This document shows positions 26,875 through 36,905 of a DNA stretch of 59,593 nucleotides, piece by piece; within the stretch, counting starts at the first letter, position 1; each line of letters starts with the position of its first letter. The DNA is from an uncultured Faecalimonas sp. (GTDB lineage: Bacteria; Bacillota; Clostridia; Lachnospirales; Lachnospiraceae). The notes under the pieces were generated by a model. The model had not been told where the DNA came from. It worked only from the letters and a program-made list of their open reading frames with translations, and searched no databases. Location of the stretch: contig CAYTRJ010000002.1 in the NCBI GenBank assembly GCA_964440185.1, forward strand, positions 1-59,593, in the 5' to 3' direction. Both the position numbers and the translations under genes were made by a program.

Positions 26875-28647
26875 TTATAATTTATCCACAAGCGCCATTG
26901 CTGTTGGTCCTAATTTTATCTGTAACGCATCTGTATACGTTTCAAATGCCGCTGGAATCGGATATTCTCGCTGTACCTCTTCTGGATGTACGAATAACAT
27001 TTCTTCCTTACAAGCATGCTCTAATTCATCCACTCGTACACTGTACCCAATCATATGCCATTCCACATGGCTAAAAATATGTTTGCCAACTTCTAATGGC
27101 TGAATATAAATTGGCGCAAGTCCAATCTCTTTACTATAAGCAACTGCTTCTTCCTGAGTCAAATGGCCATTCACATTTGGAAATTCGTAAAGTCCAGCTA
27201 GTAATCCTTTCGCTGGCCGTTTTCGGATTGCTACATTTTCTCCATCTTTAAAAATAAATACGGTCTTTTTCTCAATGCGTCTTTCTTTAGCTTTCGCCTT
27301 CACTGGCAGTTCTAGTTGTGTGCCATGTCTGTATGCTTTACAAAATTGTGACACAGGACATTCTTTACATTTAGGTGCTCCATTTGGTACACATACAATA
27401 GCACCTAATTCAATCAAGCCTTGGTTGAAATCACTTGCTGCTTCCTCTGGTATCACTTGCTCTAACATTTCTTCTGTTTTTGCTTTCACACTTGCTTTCA
27501 TGATATCATCGTAATTTTCTGTGATACGTGAGATTACACGAAGTACATTCCCATCTACTGCTGGCTTTGGAATCCCATACGCAAACGAACTGATTGCTCC
27601 TGCTGTATAATTTCCAATTCCTGTTAACCCTAAAATTTTTTCATATTCCCTTGGAAAACTGCCCTCATATTCTTCCATGATCTGAATTGCAGCTTTCTGC
27701 ATATTTCGCACTCGGTTATAGTAACCAAGTCCTTCCCAAAGCTTTAAAATGATATCTTCCTTCGCTTCTGCTAAATCACGAATCGTAGGGAGCTCTTTCA
27801 AAAATCTTTCATAATATGGTTTTACAGCTTCCACTCGTGTCTGCTGTAACATAATTTCGGAAACCCACACATGATAAGCTGTTGGATTTTTTCTCCATGG
27901 AAGGTCTCGTTGATTTGTACGATACCATTCCACTAAAGGCATTACCATCCCTTTCAAATTCTTATTCTCTAAAAGTACTGGAACTTCTTTTCGAATAACA
28001 ATACTATCCTTTGTCACTTTACAGTCATAAGCAAGTACCTGAACACCTTGTTCTTTTGCCTCTTCTAGTGCTTTTGCAAAAGCTGCATGTCTCTTGACAT
28101 TCGGTGTGAAATAACGTACTCCTTGCATCTGAATCACGAAAAATACATACGCTTCATATCCTGCTTTTTTTGCTTCCACCAGTTCTTGAAGATGCTTTAC
28201 ACCTCTTTCTGTCGGTGCATCTGGAAATAGCACTACATTCTCTTCCTCCAAAGTCACCCCTTTGATTTCTACAAATATTTTTCGCTCTCCAGCCTCTATA
28301 TAAAGGTCAAACCTTGATTTTCCAAAGGTTGTCTCTGGGCGAATCCTTGTTGCATCTGGGAATAAATTCCCTTTGCGAATCCATTCCTCCACTACTTTAT
28401 TGGGAATCTGAGAATCCATATTGATCATACGATTTCCTTTTTTGACTCCTATCAGATCCCATTGCGTCTTTCGTTCTGGATTATCAGCTTTTTGTACATA
28501 AACCGTTGCTCCCGGTACCAAAAGTTCTGCACAGCGGCCTGTATTTTTCACATGCACAATTTCTCTCTGGCCTTTTATCTCAACGTAAGCAATAAATCGG
28601 TTAGGACGTTCTAAAAATTTCCCTTCCTGTATTCTTTCATATTTCAT
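26875..28647 (-). CDS. mutY: SfsA-family nuclease fused to MutY A/G-specific adenine glycosylase
   Basis: aa ~1-225: RPNRF, HVKNTGR, SRFDL, VEIKGVTL, FPDAPTERGVKHL (SfsA). aa ~230-590: RDLPWR, WVSEIMLQQT, GLGYY, GIGNYTAGAI, VDGNVLRV, 4Fe-4S Cys cluster, GLLAGLYEFP, HIFSH (MutY). Confidence 0.93.
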   Translation of the reverse strand: MKYERIQEGKFLERPNRFIAYVEIKGQREIVHVKNTGRCAELLVPGATVYVQKADNPERKTQWDLIGVKKGNRMINMDSQIPNKVVEEWIRKGNLFPDATRIRPETTFGKSRFDLYIEAGERKIFVEIKGVTLEEENVVLFPDAPTERGVKHLQELVEAKKAGYEAYVFFVIQMQGVRYFTPNVKRHAAFAKALEEAKEQGVQVLAYDCKVTKDSIVIRKEVPVLLENKNLKGMVMPLVEWYRTNQRDLPWRKNPTAYHVWVSEIMLQQTRVEAVKPYYERFLKELPTIRDLAEAKEDIILKLWEGLGYYNRVRNMQKAAIQIMEEYEGSFPREYEKILGLTGIGNYTAGAISSFAYGIPKPAVDGNVLRVISRITENYDDIMKASVKAKTEEMLEQVIPEEAASDFNQGLIELGAIVCVPNGAPKCKECPVSQFCKAYRHGTQLELPVKAKAKERRIEKKTVFIFKDGENVAIRKRPAKGLLAGLYEFPNVNGHLTQEEAVAYSKEIGLAPIYIQPLEVGKHIFSHVEWHMIGYSVRVDELEHACKEEMLFVHPEEVQREYPIPAAFETYTDALQIKLGPTAMALVDKL

Positions 28648-28700
28648 CTATCATTTCTTCCTTCTTTACAATACGCTTATTATACATGATAAACAAATAC

Positions 28701-28738
28701 AAAAAAAGGATGTTCCAGCTTTTTTTGCGGAACATCCT
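28701..28738 (-). terminator. Terminator of the amino-acid ABC operon
   Basis: AGGATGTTCC/GGAACATCCT 10-bp stem followed by a T-run on the minus strand. Confidence 0.8.
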
Positions 28739-28745
28739 GCATTTT

Positions 28746-29495
28746 TTAAAGAACCTTTGACAAAAATTCTTTCAATCTTGGATCTTGTGGATTTTCAAAG
28801 AATTCTTTCGGATTATTTTCTTCCTTGATCACACCTTCATCAATAAAGATAACACGATTTGCTACTTCTCTTGCAAATCCCATTTCATGTGTAACAATAA
28901 CCATTGTTAGTCCCTCATTTGCAAGAGACTTCATAAGTTCTAAAACTTCTCCTACCATTTCTGGGTCCAACGCTGATGTTGGTTCATCAAAAAGAACTAC
29001 ATCTGGATTCATTGCTAATGCTCGGATAATTGCAACACGTTGTTTTTGTCCGCCTGAAAGTGTAGATGGATATACATCTGCTTTATCTTCCAAGCCAATT
29101 TTCTTTAATAATTCCATTGCTTCTTCTCTGATTTCAGCAATGATTTCTTTCTTCTTTGCTCTTCCAACTCCTTTTGTTCTTACATGAACTGGAGCAAGCA
29201 TAATATTTTCAATTACTGTTTTATTATTGAACAAATTAAAATGTTGGAATACCATTCCCATTTTTCTGCGGTGAATATTAATATCAACACTAAAGTCTGC
29301 AATATCTACTCCATTGAAAATAATCTGTCCTCCTGTTGGATCCTCCATACAGTTCATACAACGAAGAAATGTACTTTTCCCAGAGCCAGATGGCCCAATT
29401 ACACAAACGATGTCTCCTTTATTAATTGTCACATCGATTCCTTTTAATACTTGGTTTCCACCAAAGTCTTTTTGAAGATTAATGACGTCGATCAC
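28746..29495 (-). CDS. Polar amino acid ABC transporter ATPase (GlnQ/ArtM-like)
   Basis: [27 protein letters not shown]; likely GTG start at 29495 after AGGAG. Confidence 0.93.
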   Translation of the reverse strand: MIDVINLQKDFGGNQVLKGIDVTINKGDIVCVIGPSGSGKSTFLRCMNCMEDPTGGQIIFNGVDIADFSVDINIHRRKMGMVFQHFNLFNNKTVIENIMLAPVHVRTKGVGRAKKKEIIAEIREEAMELLKKIGLEDKADVYPSTLSGGQKQRVAIIRALAMNPDVVLFDEPTSALDPEMVGEVLELMKSLANEGLTMVIVTHEMGFAREVANRVIFIDEGVIKEENNPKEFFENPQDPRLKEFLSKVL

Positions 29496-30189
29496 TTTTT
29501 GCCAGGCTCCTTTCCATAAGTTTAATTCCTGCACTGATAATTAATACTAATCCCATATAAATAAATGCCATGATAATATATGGTACCATAAATTCATAAT
29601 TATTTGCTCCGATTGTACTAAATGCTCTGTAAAGGTCTGTTGCACCTACAAAGCTTACAACTGATGTTTCTTTTACCAATGCAATAAATTCATTTCCTAA
29701 TGCAGGTAAGATATTTTTTACTGCCTGAGGAATAACAATTTTGATCATGGTTGTTCCAAAGCTTAATCCCACTGCACGTCCTGCTTCCATTTGTCCTGCG
29801 TCTACTGATAGGATACCACTTCTCATAATTTCTGAAATATAAGCAGCACTGTTCAAACCAAAAACAATAATAGATACATTTACACCAGAACCACGGATTC
29901 CCATAAGTGGATATAATACATAGTAAAATATCAATAATTGCACTACAATTGGTGTCCCTCTAAAAAGGTTTACATAAAATCCACAAACTGCATTCAAAAT
30001 ACGTGGTAATAACTTATATTGAGGTATTACACGAAAAGTTGCGATTAAAGTACCTACTACGATACCAATTATCAAACCAAGTATAGCAATGATTAATGTA
30101 TTTTTTAATCCTTCTATTACTTTTATGTAGCCGCCTTGATCCAGAAATACTTCCATGAACACGGCTATCTTCATATCAAAGTTTCCCAT
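29479..30189 (-). CDS. Polar amino acid ABC transporter permease
   Basis: [28 protein letters not shown]. Confidence 0.93.
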   Translation of the reverse strand: MGNFDMKIAVFMEVFLDQGGYIKVIEGLKNTLIIAILGLIIGIVVGTLIATFRVIPQYKLLPRILNAVCGFYVNLFRGTPIVVQLLIFYYVLYPLMGIRGSGVNVSIIVFGLNSAAYISEIMRSGILSVDAGQMEAGRAVGLSFGTTMIKIVIPQAVKNILPALGNEFIALVKETSVVSFVGATDLYRAFSTIGANNYEFMVPYIIMAFIYMGLVLIISAGIKLMERSLAKSDRRH

Positions 30190-30213
30190 TTTTCTCTCCC
30201 TAATCTCTGCATA

Positions 30214-30241
30214 AGGGTACTACACATTCATGTAGTACCCT
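30214..30241. terminator. Intergenic hairpin after the SBP gene (stability element or partial terminator)
   Basis: AGGGTACTACA-N6-TGTAGTACCCT, perfect 11-bp stem. Confidence 0.7.
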
Positions 30242-30256
30242 GCCATTTTTCTACTC

Positions 30257-31126
30257 TTATTGAACCATTGCATTAATTGCTGATGTAATTGCTGCTGCAG
30301 GAGCTGAATCAATCACTACATAATCGATATTTCCTGATAGCATATCTTGTACAGCTAAAGAGCCATTACTATATCCAACTGTTTCTACACCAAATCCATC
30401 AAATCCCCAGTCAGCATCACCTTCACAGTAGAATTGAGCTGTTGTTCCTGATTGTACACCAATCTTTGTTTTGCTATCTTTTTCAGCTAAGATTGCTTCT
30501 ACATCAGAAGCTTCTTTACAATCAGCAAATTCTGTATTATCAGATGTTACTACTAATTTTTGTGCTGCATTGTAATATGATGTTGAAAATTCTACTGCTT
30601 CTTTACGTTCTTCATTTACTGTAAGTCCTGCCATTGCAATATCACATTTTCCTTGTTGTACTGATAAGCATACAGCATCAAAACTCATGTTTACGATTAC
30701 TAATTCTTTTCCTAATTCATCTGCAAGTAATTGTGCGATTTCCATGTCAATACCATAGTATTTATTTCCTTCTGTGTATTCAAATGGAGCAAATTCTGCA
30801 TTTGTTGCAACTACTAATTGATCTTTAGAGTCATCTACTTCTGAAGGAGCTTCAATTCCTACTGGTTCTCCATCGCCGAAATAGTGATCACAGATTTCAT
30901 CAAATGTTCCATCTTCTTGAATTTTAGCAATAAATTCATTTGTTTGTTGCAATAATTCTGGTTGATTCTTATCAACACCAAATGCATATTCTTCACTTGT
31001 TAATTCAATGTCGATAACTTGTGCTGTTACAGCTTCTTGACTTCCTTTGTTGTCTCCACCACATGCTGTCATTGATAATACACATGCAGCTGCTAATACT
31101 ACGCTTAATAATTTTTTCATTTTCAT
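30257..31126 (-). CDS. Amino-acid ABC substrate-binding lipoprotein (family 3), circularly permuted
   Basis: Lipobox SMTAC; LVVATNAEFAPFEY, GIDMEIA, ERKEAVEFS, GVQSGTT; the normally C-terminal segment EEYAFGVDK..DGTFDEI..YF sits at the N-terminus. Confidence 0.9.
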   Translation of the reverse strand: MKMKKLLSVVLAAACVLSMTACGGDNKGSQEAVTAQVIDIELTSEEYAFGVDKNQPELLQQTNEFIAKIQEDGTFDEICDHYFGDGEPVGIEAPSEVDDSKDQLVVATNAEFAPFEYTEGNKYYGIDMEIAQLLADELGKELVIVNMSFDAVCLSVQQGKCDIAMAGLTVNEERKEAVEFSTSYYNAAQKLVVTSDNTEFADCKEASDVEAILAEKDSKTKIGVQSGTTAQFYCEGDADWGFDGFGVETVGYSNGSLAVQDMLSGNIDYVVIDSAPAAAITSAINAMVQ

Positions 31127-31185
31127 AATAAGTTCCTCCTCTATCTTGTGAATATTTTTTGTATATTAATTCGTTGATATGTCAT

Positions 31186-31248
31186 ATTTTACACGCTTTT
31201 ATTCATTTGTCAAGTATAAAAATACATTTTTATTCAATATTTATGCAT
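31186..31248 (-). promoter_or_regulatory. Sigma-A promoter with ARG-box-like operators
   Basis: TTGACA (31208-31213), 16 nt, TAAAAT (31186-31191); AGTATAAAAATACA (31213-31226) and minus-strand TGCATAAATATTGA (31234-31247) resemble TGnATAwwwATnCA. Confidence 0.55.
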
Positions 31249-31259
31249 TTTCTTGTATT

Positions 31260-32096
31260 TTATGCAAAAAATGCTTTTATTCCGAAGAAAAGAAGGATCA
31301 AAACACCTAAAACAATACGATAATATCCAAATACTTTAAAGTCATTTTTCTTGATATATCCCATTAAGAATTTGATTGCAAAGACAGATACAATAAATGC
31401 TGTCGCACAACCTACAAGCAGGATCATCAATTCATTTCCTGCAAATCCTCCACCTTCAGTAAAGAACTTCAATAGTTTCAACGCACTTGCTCCAAACATA
31501 ACAGGGATTGCTAGGAAAAATGTAAATTCTGCTGCCACATAACGTGATACTCCTAATAATAATGCACCAATAATAGTTGCACCTGAACGAGATGTACCAG
31601 GAACCAAAGATAACACTTGGAATACACCAATCAAGAATGCCGTCTTATATGTAAGTTGTGATAGTTTTTCCACTTCTGGCGTTCTCGTTTTGTTCCAATT
31701 TTCAATGATAATAAAAAGCACCCCATACAAAATCAACATAGCTGCCACTACAATACTTGTATGTAAATGTTCTTCCATCCAATCATCAAATAAAATGCCA
31801 AGTACACCTGCTGGAATACATGCAATCACCACTTTCATCCACAGCTGAATCGTATGTACACGTTGTGTTCTATTTTTCTTTGACGAAAATGGGTTCAACT
31901 TATGGAAATACAATACGACAACTGCCATAATTGCACCAAGCTGCACTACTACATTGAACATTTCTTTAAAGTCTTTGCTTGCATTTAATTTGATAAATTC
32001 ATCTACGAGTATCAAATGACCTGTGCTACTGATTGGTAGCCATTCTGTAATTCCTTCCACAATTCCAAGTAGGATTACTTTTAAAATTTCTAACAT
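31260..32096 (-). CDS. uppP: Undecaprenyl-diphosphate phosphatase
   Basis: [17 protein letters not shown] and [10 protein letters not shown]. Confidence 0.96.
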   Translation of the reverse strand: MLEILKVILLGIVEGITEWLPISSTGHLILVDEFIKLNASKDFKEMFNVVVQLGAIMAVVVLYFHKLNPFSSKKNRTQRVHTIQLWMKVVIACIPAGVLGILFDDWMEEHLHTSIVVAAMLILYGVLFIIIENWNKTRTPEVEKLSQLTYKTAFLIGVFQVLSLVPGTSRSGATIIGALLLGVSRYVAAEFTFFLAIPVMFGASALKLLKFFTEGGGFAGNELMILLVGCATAFIVSVFAIKFLMGYIKKNDFKVFGYYRIVLGVLILLFFGIKAFFA

Positions 32097-32098
32097 AC

Positions 32099-32941
32099 TT
32101 AATTTCCTTCCTTTTTCAATACATGAGTTTCAATTGCCTTCGCCACACCATCCTCATTGTTTGATTCCGTAACATAAGCAGCAATTTCTTTCAGTTTTGG
32201 GTTTCCATTTTCCATCGCAATACCTAGTCCAACTGCTTTCAACATTTCATAATCATTCATACCATCTCCGCATGCCATGATTTCTTCACGCTTAATACCA
32301 AGTATTTCTCCTAGACGTAATAAAGCTTGCCCTTTATTCGTCCCTTCCATATTGACTTCAATACTATTGTCAAATGCTCCAGAAGCTGTAATTCCTTCAA
32401 TGGATTGTATACGCTTCATCGCTGCTTCTCGGTCCGAAACGCTTGCAAATACCCCATGTACCTTATCTACGGGTTGATTCATCTGAAGCAAAGCTTCTTT
32501 AACATCTTCAACATCATTACGTGTCTTCAAAACATACTCTATCATGCTTGGATTTTCAAAATATTTTTCTAGATGCTGCATACAGGATTTTTTTGTATAC
32601 CCTATACCATCTACGAAAATTTCATACATATTATCATAATCTTCCAAAACTTCTAACACTTTCTCTGCTCTATCTACTGGTAATAAACTTGTATAAATGT
32701 CCTCTTTCGTAGCGAGATCAACAATACGTCCTCCATTAGCTGTTACGGCATATTTCATCATAGGAAATATGCTTAACTCTTTTTGAATTGCTGAAATTGG
32801 ACGACCTGTTGCCAGTAGTACAAGTACTCCTTCTTCCATAGCTTGTTCCAGCACACGTTTTGTATAAGGAGTAATTTCCTTATTGTCATTTAAAAGAGTT
32901 CCATCCATATCCAGACCAATCAGTTTAATTCTATTATTCAT
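32099..32941 (-). CDS. Cof-type HAD-IIB hydrolase
   Basis: [21 protein letters not shown]. Confidence 0.93.
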   Translation of the reverse strand: MNNRIKLIGLDMDGTLLNDNKEITPYTKRVLEQAMEEGVLVLLATGRPISAIQKELSIFPMMKYAVTANGGRIVDLATKEDIYTSLLPVDRAEKVLEVLEDYDNMYEIFVDGIGYTKKSCMQHLEKYFENPSMIEYVLKTRNDVEDVKEALLQMNQPVDKVHGVFASVSDREAAMKRIQSIEGITASGAFDNSIEVNMEGTNKGQALLRLGEILGIKREEIMACGDGMNDYEMLKAVGLGIAMENGNPKLKEIAAYVTESNNEDGVAKAIETHVLKKEGN

Positions 32942-33512
32942 CTTTCACCAATTCTCTTTCTTCTCTTTTGAAACGATATAATTGCTTACTAATTTTATCT
33001 TGATTCCGTTCAAAGGCTTCCAAACCAAATGCCTTCATATCTTCTACCTGTTTTGTATTCGATGCCGGTACAAATAATACCATATCTTTAGCAGGCACCA
33101 TGATAAGAAGATCGTCTTGCAATTTATCTACACATACATTCCAGATATGCTTTAGACAAAGCGCACTCGCCTCATGATGTCCATCTGCTAAAATTCCAAA
33201 TCCACCGTACATTGTATTCGATATTACATAGTGAATATTCTTCGCAAGATTTTCACAAGCAATTTGGTAGATTTCTTCAACTGATATTTCAGGTGGCAGC
33301 ATGTTATCTTTTAAGATTTCGTAAACATCTTCTCCACGTTCAATAGCAAATACAATCATCAAGTCCCCCACAAAGGAAACAATTGGAGTATCATTGGGAG
33401 AAATATATTTCCCATTCAACGCTTTGTGATCTACTAACGTTTCTTTTACCCATGGATAAATCTTACTTTTTATATTTTCAAACAGATAATGTTCTTCTTC
33501 GTATTTTTTCAT
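32934..33512 (-). CDS. Hypothetical protein (DUF1444-like)
   Basis: ACENL, ADGHHEASAL and MVPAKDMV resemble DUF1444/YtpQ (recalled, not searched). Confidence 0.55.
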   Translation of the reverse strand: MKKYEEEHYLFENIKSKIYPWVKETLVDHKALNGKYISPNDTPIVSFVGDLMIVFAIERGEDVYEILKDNMLPPEISVEEIYQIACENLAKNIHYVISNTMYGGFGILADGHHEASALCLKHIWNVCVDKLQDDLLIMVPAKDMVLFVPASNTKQVEDMKAFGLEAFERNQDKISKQLYRFKREERELVKDE

Positions 33513-33620
33513 CTATCGTATTCCTTTCTTTCCCATTTGGAGTCCATTATATCAAAATTTGATTCATTACGCAATTTATAGTATAATAGCCCATAGTATT
33601 TAAGAAGAAAGGAACTCTAT

Positions 33621-34673
33621 ATGAAATTCACTCGCATATTTGCGCTTCTTCTAAGCGCAACACTTTTCATTGAATCATTTGTATCCGTTTCTGCAACAAA
33701 TACAATCGATTCTTTAGAAAAGGAAACATCTGATCTACAATCTGAAGTTTCAAACATAAATGATCAGCTTGCCTCCTTAGAGCAAGATTTAGATTCTCTT
33801 TTATCACAAATTGAATCGGTCTCAGCTGAGCTTACAAAAACCAAAGAAGCTCTTGCGACTGCAAAATGGGAAGAGGAAAAACAATATGAAGCCATGAAGC
33901 TTCGCATCAAATATATGTACGAAAATGGAAGTCATTCTTTTTTGGAAATTTTATTGGAATCCAAAAGCATGGCAGAATTTCTAAACAACGCGCAGTATGT
34001 TTCTGCAATCAGTCAGTATGATAAAAAAGTACTACGCGAATTAGAAGAAACCAGTAACATGATCGCTGAGCAGGAAAAAGAATTTGCTAAGCAAGAAGAA
34101 GAATTGCAGCTCTTAAAAAATGCACTTGCAAACAAAGAAGTCTTGCTTAATCTAGAATTAGATAGTACCTCAGCCGAACTTGCAAATGTAACAGATAAAT
34201 TAGCTGCTGCCAAAAAAGAAGCGGAGAAAGCACAAGCAGCTCTTAAAGAAGAAGTTACGCCAACACCTCCATCTAATGAAAATACGGATAACGATTCTAG
34301 TAGTTCTGATTCTTCAGATTTCAATCTTTCTGCGACGGCATCTGACATAGAATTGTTTGCAGCTCTGATAGAATGCGAAGCTGGAAGTACTGACTACGAA
34401 GGAATGCTTGCGGTTGCTTCTGTTGTAATGAACCGTGTAAAAAATCGTTATTATCCCGACACCATTCGCGGTGTTATTTTCCAAAGTGGGCAATTTACTC
34501 CAGTTGCTTCAGGGAAAGTCGAAAAAGTCTTGTCACGTGGTGTCAAATCATCCTGCGTACAAGTTGCAAATGATGCACTTGCTGGAAAAAATAATGTAGG
34601 GGATTGCTTGAATTTTCGTTCTGCAAGTACTGGACGCCCTGGCATGTTAATTGGTGGCAACGTGTTTTTCTAA
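33621..34673 (+). CDS. Secreted cell-wall hydrolase: PcsB-type coiled coil plus SleB/CwlJ-like (Hydrolase_2) domain
   Basis: Signal peptide; RIKYMYENG..LEILLESKS..EFL; LIECEAG, AVASVVMNRV, YPDTIRGVIFQSGQF. Confidence 0.88.
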   Translation: MKFTRIFALLLSATLFIESFVSVSATNTIDSLEKETSDLQSEVSNINDQLASLEQDLDSLLSQIESVSAELTKTKEALATAKWEEEKQYEAMKLRIKYMYENGSHSFLEILLESKSMAEFLNNAQYVSAISQYDKKVLRELEETSNMIAEQEKEFAKQEEELQLLKNALANKEVLLNLELDSTSAELANVTDKLAAAKKEAEKAQAALKEEVTPTPPSNENTDNDSSSSDSSDFNLSATASDIELFAALIECEAGSTDYEGMLAVASVVMNRVKNRYYPDTIRGVIFQSGQFTPVASGKVEKVLSRGVKSSCVQVANDALAGKNNVGDCLNFRSASTGRPGMLIGGNVFF

Positions 34674-34695
34674 ATTCATATGATATAACAAGTCA

Positions 34696-34726
34696 AGACC
34701 AAGGCTCTTTATTGGAGTCTTGGTCT
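34696..34726. terminator. Terminator between convergent genes
   Basis: AGACCAAGGCTC-N7-GAGTCTTGGTCT. Confidence 0.8.
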
Positions 34727-34747
34727 CTTATTTTTATCTTATTTCAA

Positions 34748-36088
34748 TTACACTGTTTGTCTTTTTTCATATAAAACATATGCGATTGCTACAGCTGATG
34801 CAAGTAACGCTACTGCTGGTAAAAATGATACCATATCACTTGTTTGCACTGCAGTTCCATTTTCTCCTACTGTTACTTGATTCCAGTTTACAGTTAGTGT
34901 CGCATCATAATTAGAACCTGCACCAAATTGTGTGCTCATTACATTGCTTCCAATTACCATAGCTAATTTGTATGTATTTTGTACTTTTGAAACAGGGAAT
35001 GTCATAGTTGTTACATATCCAGCACTATTTGTTGTATATTTTGCATTTACCCATTCAGAACCATTGTGATAAGCAATTGTGCCTGCTCCCTCACTTGTAG
35101 CTGTTCCAACATAAGTGTCTGCTGTCACACCGTAAATTGTAACTGAGCTTGTTCCAAAGTATAATTTAATGGATGCACTTCCATCTTCTGCTACAATAAG
35201 CTCTGCATTTTTAAGAAGTGCTTGTCCAAATTCTACGCCACCCATTGCGTTCACATAACATGAAAGATTCGCTTTCAATCCATATGTTCCTGCTTCTAAT
35301 TCTGATAGATTCGATACTGAAATCACTTTGCTTACTGTAGTTTTTTCATTCTTGTTTGATGTGTTTGTGTTAGAAGTTGCTGCATTGTTTGTATTATTAT
35401 TTGTGTCATTTGTTGTATTATCCTTCACATCTTCCTTCACATCTTCTTTTACATCTTCTTTTGTATCGTTTTCAATGTTATCATCTGAAGCATCTTCTTC
35501 AACAACTTCTAATACTTTTGTATTTGTCCAATTTACAGTTAAAGTCGCATGATATCTTGCTCCTTCTCCTCCAAATTGTGTTCCCATGACATTACTATTT
35601 ACATATAGTGCTAATTGATATGTATCTGTCACATTTGTTACAGGAATTTTAACTGTTTCCACATAATTTTCTGTCCCATTCGATGTCGCTGCTGTGTTTT
35701 CACTCAATTTGTATTCTGCTGTTTTCCATGCTGTTCCAGCATAATATCCTGGTACATTTGAAGCACTTACAAATGTATTTGCTTGTACTCCATAAATTGT
35801 TAACGCCGCTGTTCCAAATGTCATATCCATAGTAGCTGTTCCATCATCTGTAACCTTCACTACCGTTTTTTCTAGCAGACCATCTCCAAACTCAACACCT
35901 CCCATTGCATTTACATAGCATGAAAGGGAAGCATCTAGCTCATATGTTCCTTCTTGAAGTTCTTCTAAGTTCGATACAGAGATAATGTCTCCTACACTAC
36001 TCCCTTTTTCTTCTGCATTTGCAACGTATCCTGCACTACTAAATACAAGTGCTACTGCTGCAACTGTTGCGATTAATTTTTTTAACAT
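34748..36088 (-). CDS. Wall-anchored protein with two tandem divergent NEAT-like domains (putative heme/iron capture)
   Basis: Signal peptide; duplicated ~150-aa domain (GTY.L.A.LSCYVNAMGGVEFG...SNVM.TQFG...ATLTVNW); C-terminal VQTSD, TM and KR; last gene of the Isd-like ABC operon. Confidence 0.65.
   Translation of the reverse strand: MLKKLIATVAAVALVFSSAGYVANAEEKGSSVGDIISVSNLEELQEGTYELDASLSCYVNAMGGVEFGDGLLEKTVVKVTDDGTATMDMTFGTAALTIYGVQANTFVSASNVPGYYAGTAWKTAEYKLSENTAATSNGTENYVETVKIPVTNVTDTYQLALYVNSNVMGTQFGGEGARYHATLTVNWTNTKVLEVVEEDASDDNIENDTKEDVKEDVKEDVKDNTTNDTNNNTNNAATSNTNTSNKNEKTTVSKVISVSNLSELEAGTYGLKANLSCYVNAMGGVEFGQALLKNAELIVAEDGSASIKLYFGTSSVTIYGVTADTYVGTATSEGAGTIAYHNGSEWVNAKYTTNSAGYVTTMTFPVSKVQNTYKLAMVIGSNVMSTQFGAGSNYDATLTVNWNQVTVGENGTAVQTSDMVSFLPAVALLASAVAIAYVLYEKRQTV
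35421..35468. repeat. 12-bp tandem repeat (4 units) encoding a KEDV linker
   Basis: TCCTTCACATCT twice, then TCTTTTACATCT and TCTTTTGTATCG. Confidence 0.85.
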
Positions 36089-36134
36089 GATATATCCTCC
36101 TTTATATTTTATTTAAAGGCTTACGCCTAAAAAT

Positions 36135-36905
36135 CTATTTTCTTTTAAAGAGACAAAAGTTTTGTCCCTTCAGTTGTACGATTTCTGTTTTTACAGAAAA
36201 CGCTTCATTTAATACTTGTTCTGTAACAACTTCTTCTGTTTCTCCACAAGCAATAATCTCGCCTGATTTCATAACAACCACCTCATCTGCATATTCCATT
36301 GCTTGATTAATATCATGAAGCACCATTAGGACGGTAAGATGTTGTTCTTGATTTAACTTCCGTATTAATGATAATAATTCTATCTGATAGCGAATATCTA
36401 AATATGTTGTAATTTCATCTAGTAGTAATATTTCTGGTTTTTGTGCCAGTGCCATTGCCAGCCATGCACGTTGCTTTTGTCCTCCAGATAGCTGTGACAG
36501 TAACTGATGTTCATACTGCTTCGTATTTGTCATAGAAAGTGCCTGTTCTACAGCTTGTACATCTTGCTCCTTTTTGGTTCTGCCAAATACTGATCGATGT
36601 GGTGTTCTTCCCATTTCCACTAATTTGCGAACTGTCAGATCCGACGGTGCTGTATTGTATTGATGAACTACAGCTACTTTTTTCGCAAATTCTTTTTGTT
36701 TCATTTTCTGAATATTTACACCCTGCAGGGAAATTTCTCCCATTTCCGGCCTTTCTATTCCTGTAAGCAATTTAAACAATGTTGTTTTCCCACATCCATT
36801 TGCTCCTATTAGTGCTGTGATTTTTCCCGGCTTTAATCGAAAGGTAACATTCTTTATTATCTTTTTGTCCGGTTGATAACCAAATGTTATATTTCTGCTA
36901 TCCAT
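36135..36905 (-). CDS. Iron-chelate/heme ABC transporter ATPase (FhuC/FecE-like)
   Basis: [35 protein letters not shown]. Confidence 0.92.
   Translation of the reverse strand: MDSRNITFGYQPDKKIIKNVTFRLKPGKITALIGANGCGKTTLFKLLTGIERPEMGEISLQGVNIQKMKQKEFAKKVAVVHQYNTAPSDLTVRKLVEMGRTPHRSVFGRTKKEQDVQAVEQALSMTNTKQYEHQLLSQLSGGQKQRAWLAMALAQKPEILLLDEITTYLDIRYQIELLSLIRKLNQEQHLTVLMVLHDINQAMEYADEVVVMKSGEIIACGETEEVVTEQVLNEAFSVKTEIVQLKGQNFCLFKRK

Noticed and set aside
35370-35468. Possible CRISPR or VNTR-like array
   Set aside because: In-frame low-complexity coding repeats (KEDV, N/T-rich linker) with no spacers and no cas genes.
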